From positions 310,001-374,000 of the forward strand of contig NC_088855.1 in the NCBI RefSeq assembly GCF_963853765.1: a DNA stretch of 64,000 nt, in the 5' to 3' direction. The stretch comes from Magallana gigas (Eukaryota). Each line of letters begins with the position of its first letter. Positions within the stretch are counted from its first letter, which is position 1. The translations under genes were made by a program, and so were the position numbers. The notes beneath the pieces were generated by a model that saw nothing but the letters and a program-made list of their open reading frames with translations, was not told where the DNA came from and made no database searches. Below are positions 59,585 to 64,000 of this stretch, piece by piece.

Positions 59585-60980
59585 ACATGTACATGATGTG
59601 TGTGGAAATGTATATGGACAAGGAAACTCACTACATGTGTGTGGTAATTTAAATGAATATGGACAAGGAGACTCACTACATGTGTGTGGAAAGGTATATT
59701 TGCAATGAAACTCACTACATGTGTGTGGTAATTTAAATGAATATGGACAAGGAGACTCACTACATGTGTGTAGGATTGTACAGGTAACTCTCGATAGCTG
59801 GAAGTCCATGGGTCCAAGGAAAAACTTTGAAGTTTCAAGAGTTCGAGTTTTCAAGAGTTCGGAATTTTCTGGGTTGACCAATGGGTTTTAAAATTAGTCT
59901 TACCGGATGTTATGATTAAGCCATTTAATTAGTGCTAACTTTACGCTCATGCTTAAACAACGTTTTCTTTTCAGTAAAATATACAGAACTGGATGTTTTT
60001 AAAACTAAATTCAAACAACTATTGAATAAATTCATAATATAATTATTTATTTTATGCATCATATTAAGACCAAATTGCTCAGTACTACTGGAGTGCGAGA
60101 CGATTAACATGTCATAAATGTGATAACTAAGTATCACCCATTGTTCCCACCGTAAGGGTCCTTCACCAGCTGTAAGAACTTGTTCAGCAATATAATCATT
60201 ACAATGACAATGATGCTGATAAGCATACTTATAACAGTTTTATAATTCTAAAATTTGACCATGGCTCAATATTATCGTTTCATCTCAATTAATTTCTCAT
60301 TTTCATTGCGTCTCCAAATTATCGTAAAACGGTTGTGATAATTATAGATTAGGTATTGGTATAGTCAGTCATCAAACAATTATCACCTTGCAGGACAAGT
60401 GCCGCCTGAACAAACAACTCGTGACACAAGTCCCGCGTCTAAGGTGTTATTTAGGTATAGCGCTTGGAGATACACGGAGACTTTGAGGTATCGAGAGTAA
60501 GAAACTATAGATTATGAACGGGACTGCAGTTTGACTTAGAGAGATCAAGCTAGGGTTTTCGAGAGATCAAGAGTTTGAGAAATCAATAGTAAATTTGCTT
60601 AGTTATATAGGGGAAAAAATCGGGACCCTAGACTCACTTCCAGCGATCAAGAACTTCGATCCAATCAAAGTTCGAGCCATTGAGAGTTACCTGTATATTG
60701 GCAATGAAACTCACTACATGTGTGTGGTAATTTAAATGAATATGGACAAGGAAACTCACTACATGTGTGTGGTAATTTAAATGAATATAGACAAGGAAAC
60801 TCACTACATGTGTGTGGTAATTTAAATGAATATGGACAAGAAACTCACTACATGTGTGTAGGAATGTACATTAATTGGCAATGAAACTCACTACATCTGT
60901 GAGGTGAATTTATACTGGTGTAATTGGGAAACTTGCTATATGTGTCTAGGAAATATACATTACATTGGCAAGAAAATTGA
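59585..60980. repeat. Minisatellite array (same unit as 54030-54680) split by a MITE
   Basis: Units at 59590-59770 and 60696-60980. Confidence 0.88.
59779..60695. mobile_element. Tc1/mariner-type non-autonomous element, ~915 bp
   Basis: Perfect TIR tacaggtaactctc ... gagagttacctgta with duplicated TA; subterminal agttcga repeats. Confidence 0.9.
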
Positions 60981-63900
60981 CACTACATGTGCATATGAAT
61001 TACATAAAATTGTTGGCAATGCAACCAACCATGGTAAATGTTGGTTGCAAGAAAACTCATTACACAAGGTGGGTTGATTCACATGTATAAAATAATGTAT
61101 ATGTTATTCAATTGAAACTTACTGCACAAGATTGGTAAAGAGGCAACACACAGACCATGAATATCAGGCATTATTACATGATTGTCCACTAATGTGCCAA
61201 AAGTATGTCAATTTTTTGTTTTTCCCTATATATTTCATCGAAAACAAGACTTTTTTTAAAAAGGTTTTCAGGTCAGATTATTGGTCAGATTTTGAAGAAG
61301 TTGATATTGATTTCCAGCATAGTAGATTCAATTTCCACTTGTTGTCGTACATTAGTTTTTGACAACTCATTTGTAAAATTTGAATATTTCAAACACAACA
61401 CTGAGATAGTTTTTAAGAGCTCTACTATATATTTTTTGCAATGTATGAGCCGAAAAATCTTACTTTGAACTGTTTATATTAAATTTCAGTAATAGAAGGT
61501 TGGAAAAATATTCAAATAAGATGCAAAAAGAGCTAGAAAAATTCTTAATGTATCAATCCAAGTCTTTTCAATGTACATGGTCAAAGGGTTTCATTTTAAC
61601 AATTCTAAAAAAAAAAAAATTTCAATTAATATATGGTGAGAAGAAAAAATAAATTGACCTACTTTTGGCACCTGAGTGTACATACATGTATATGTCCCTG
61701 ATTTCCTGAACTCAAGTATAATTTAAGCTGGTCGATTGGGGAAGGGGGGGGGGGTGCATAAAAAAAAACCCATTAGAAAACCTCTTTATTTTTAACCATA
61801 TGTAATTTACATCAGCTCTAGTTTTAAAAAAAAGAAAAAGCAACCATCTGGTTCTTTTTGGGGGCAATCTCAAAATACAGGTATATTTTTCTATAGGAAT
61901 ATTTAGAGAATTTTCATTTTCCGCACTTCGTAGCAGATTTTAAAAAATACTACAATAGAGATTTTCTTTGAATTGTGATATCGCGATTAGCAATATCATT
62001 TTGTACCTTATATGTAAAAAATACTAAATTCATCCATCTAGTTTAAGTAAGGGTCATCTCAAAATATGAACAGTTGATAAATTTTGCTATATACATGTAT
62101 TTTGGGTACATGTATTACAAATGTAGATTAATTGCTATGATGGATTCATTCAAAATGAAGCAAAATAACCCTGGAGATACCATCATTTAGTGTATACAAT
62201 TTCAAAGGGTTACGATTTTTACTTTTTTCTTTTTTCCTATATACTCCTACAAAGCTTCATTTTATCATAACGTCGACGATAAAGCAAGATCAATGGCAAT
62301 GCTCACCTACCAAACCACAGAAAAATTGTTGAAAAAAAATTGTTTATCATGTGTTTATTGTGTTCAATTTAATAAATGTCTATATCTATATAAAAGTCAT
62401 AAAAGGTTGAAATACACTGTATTTTACTCGATCAGAATGCACAAAAACATGAACCATGCAAACTAAAGTCAGCCTCAACCTTAAACCAGATGAGAATTGC
62501 GCAGATTAAACAACTCATTTTAAGGTTTAATTAATTAACATTTTAGACAGAAAATTAGAAAGTAAAAATGCTCATATTCATAAATTGTCAGTCCAACCAA
62601 ATTGAAATTAAACCATACAATTAGACAACTCATACATCATGCGCACACTACCGAGAGAGTTCTCCATACATGTATGTATTTGTTTTATCTCTGTAATATA
62701 AATAAAAAAGGCTCTTGTAATTTTTAAAACAACAATTTGGGTCAATAGTAATATCAAATCTCCTCTTGCTTGATCTTAGATTCAGATAACCACAGACATA
62801 GTCAAAATGATGTACATGTAGCTAGCTGGGTGTTCAAGAAATAGACAACTAGACATGAACAATTCATGAATTACATGTATTATTTACCATGATGACTTCA
62901 ATCTAATGTTTCAACATGTGCCCTATTTGCAAAATATCCTTGTTTATTCACCTGCCATTTTTTATACCGGTATGCATTGTTCCATCCAGATATACCACCC
63001 CCTCCCCATCTAGAATTTGAATTTTTCCTTTAAATGTACCACCCTCAAGTCATGAGATGAGCTGCTACAATCCCCTCCCCCTGAAATAGTTTTATTTGTT
63101 TGTGTCAGAGAGGAATTTAGTGTTTTTTGTTACCAATATTCTGGGTTGGATTTCTGCAGACTGCCCCCAATAGGCATTCCTGTATCTTGCTATAAAGTGA
63201 TGTGAAACTCAGAAAGGGGCTTATTTTTAAGGCAATTTGATTCATCATCTGATAGTCTATAGAAAGATAGATTAAAGACTGGATGGTGCACCTTATTCCT
63301 TAACCACAGAAACTGTTTTGATATCTATTTTTACTCTTTTTCTTCACTTGACTTTAACTTTTTAGCATCCGAATTATTATTAAGCTAGTCAGAAACTTCA
63401 ACTTAAAAGTAAATGTCCCCTTAGGCTACCTCTTTTGTAATTTATAGTAAATCTTTAATTTTATTCATACAGTCGTTGACCAGTTCCGAATAGTTCATAT
63501 GTTGAATAGCAAATAGTTATGGAAATAAACGTTGGAGAAAAAATCATTACCTTTAATATAATACACTTATAATGCTTGTTTAAATTTTGCAGTAGTTTCA
63601 TTTTTTGCGGTCATATACATGTACGTATTCAATACTACAGTCTTACATTAGTCAACCAATATTAAACTTTTGCTTTGCCAGGTCATTGCAACGTTATTAT
63701 GTGCATAAAATAGTCTGTTGACACCTTATATTTTCACATGTAACAAGATTTCTTCTATCAAAAGTTGTTTTGGTATTATTCTTACATACCCATATAAGCA
63801 TGCAGGATATAAATTTTAAAAAATGCAGAAGGATGAAAAATCTTATTAAGCTGCCATTTTACAAATTCCAAAAACTCAATTTGTTTTTGTCTGTTTCAGG

Positions 63901-64000
63901 ATTATATGAAGAAATAGATTAAAACAATTACTTCTGGAATTCATTAAATTTTCTTACTAAGTCTTAAATAAATCATATTGAACCACAGTAATGATAAATG

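Noticed and set aside
54255-59881. Repetitive ORFs (54255, 54352, 58628-58881, 59552, 59581)
   Set aside because: Stop-free frames of minisatellites or transposon subterminal repeats.
60125-60205. Candidate minus-strand exon upstream of the SET gene
   Set aside because: Lies inside the 59779-60695 MITE, and the ATG exon at 59336-59307 already fits in phase.
61132-61468. Short plus-strand ORFs and a possible acceptor at ~61271
   Set aside because: No recognisable domain and no partner exons.

Overview
AT-rich eukaryotic genomic DNA with spliceosomal introns. The repeat types (TA-flanked MITEs, Helentron-like elements carrying ~170-bp satellite units, long palindromic repeats) suggest a bivalve mollusc, probably an oyster; that assignment is inference. 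Five intact multi-exon genes could be rebuilt exon by exon with consistent splice phases: deltex (-, 390-7898), CCDC92 (+, 9221-13931), MRM1 (-, 17924-20941), RNF10 (-, 21545-31065) and a PRR11/MTFR-like proline-rich gene (+, 33119-45145). Intron 1 of the last gene holds a full-length 7.3-kb BEL/Pao LTR retrotransposon (33387-40698). It has apparently identical 540-bp LTRs, a 5-bp TSD, TG...TA ends and two frameshifts. It has no tRNA-type primer-binding site; an 8-nt match to its own LTR sits at that position, which suggests self-priming. The right third of the window holds an orphan fibrinogen-domain exon, a 131-N assembly gap, and a frameshifted 8-exon SET-domain gene (-, 51979-59336) with dual-frame exons and a Myb-like tail. 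Many MITEs, Helentron/Helitron-like relics, hairpin repeats and minisatellites are scattered throughout. All coordinates were read by eye and no database search was run.
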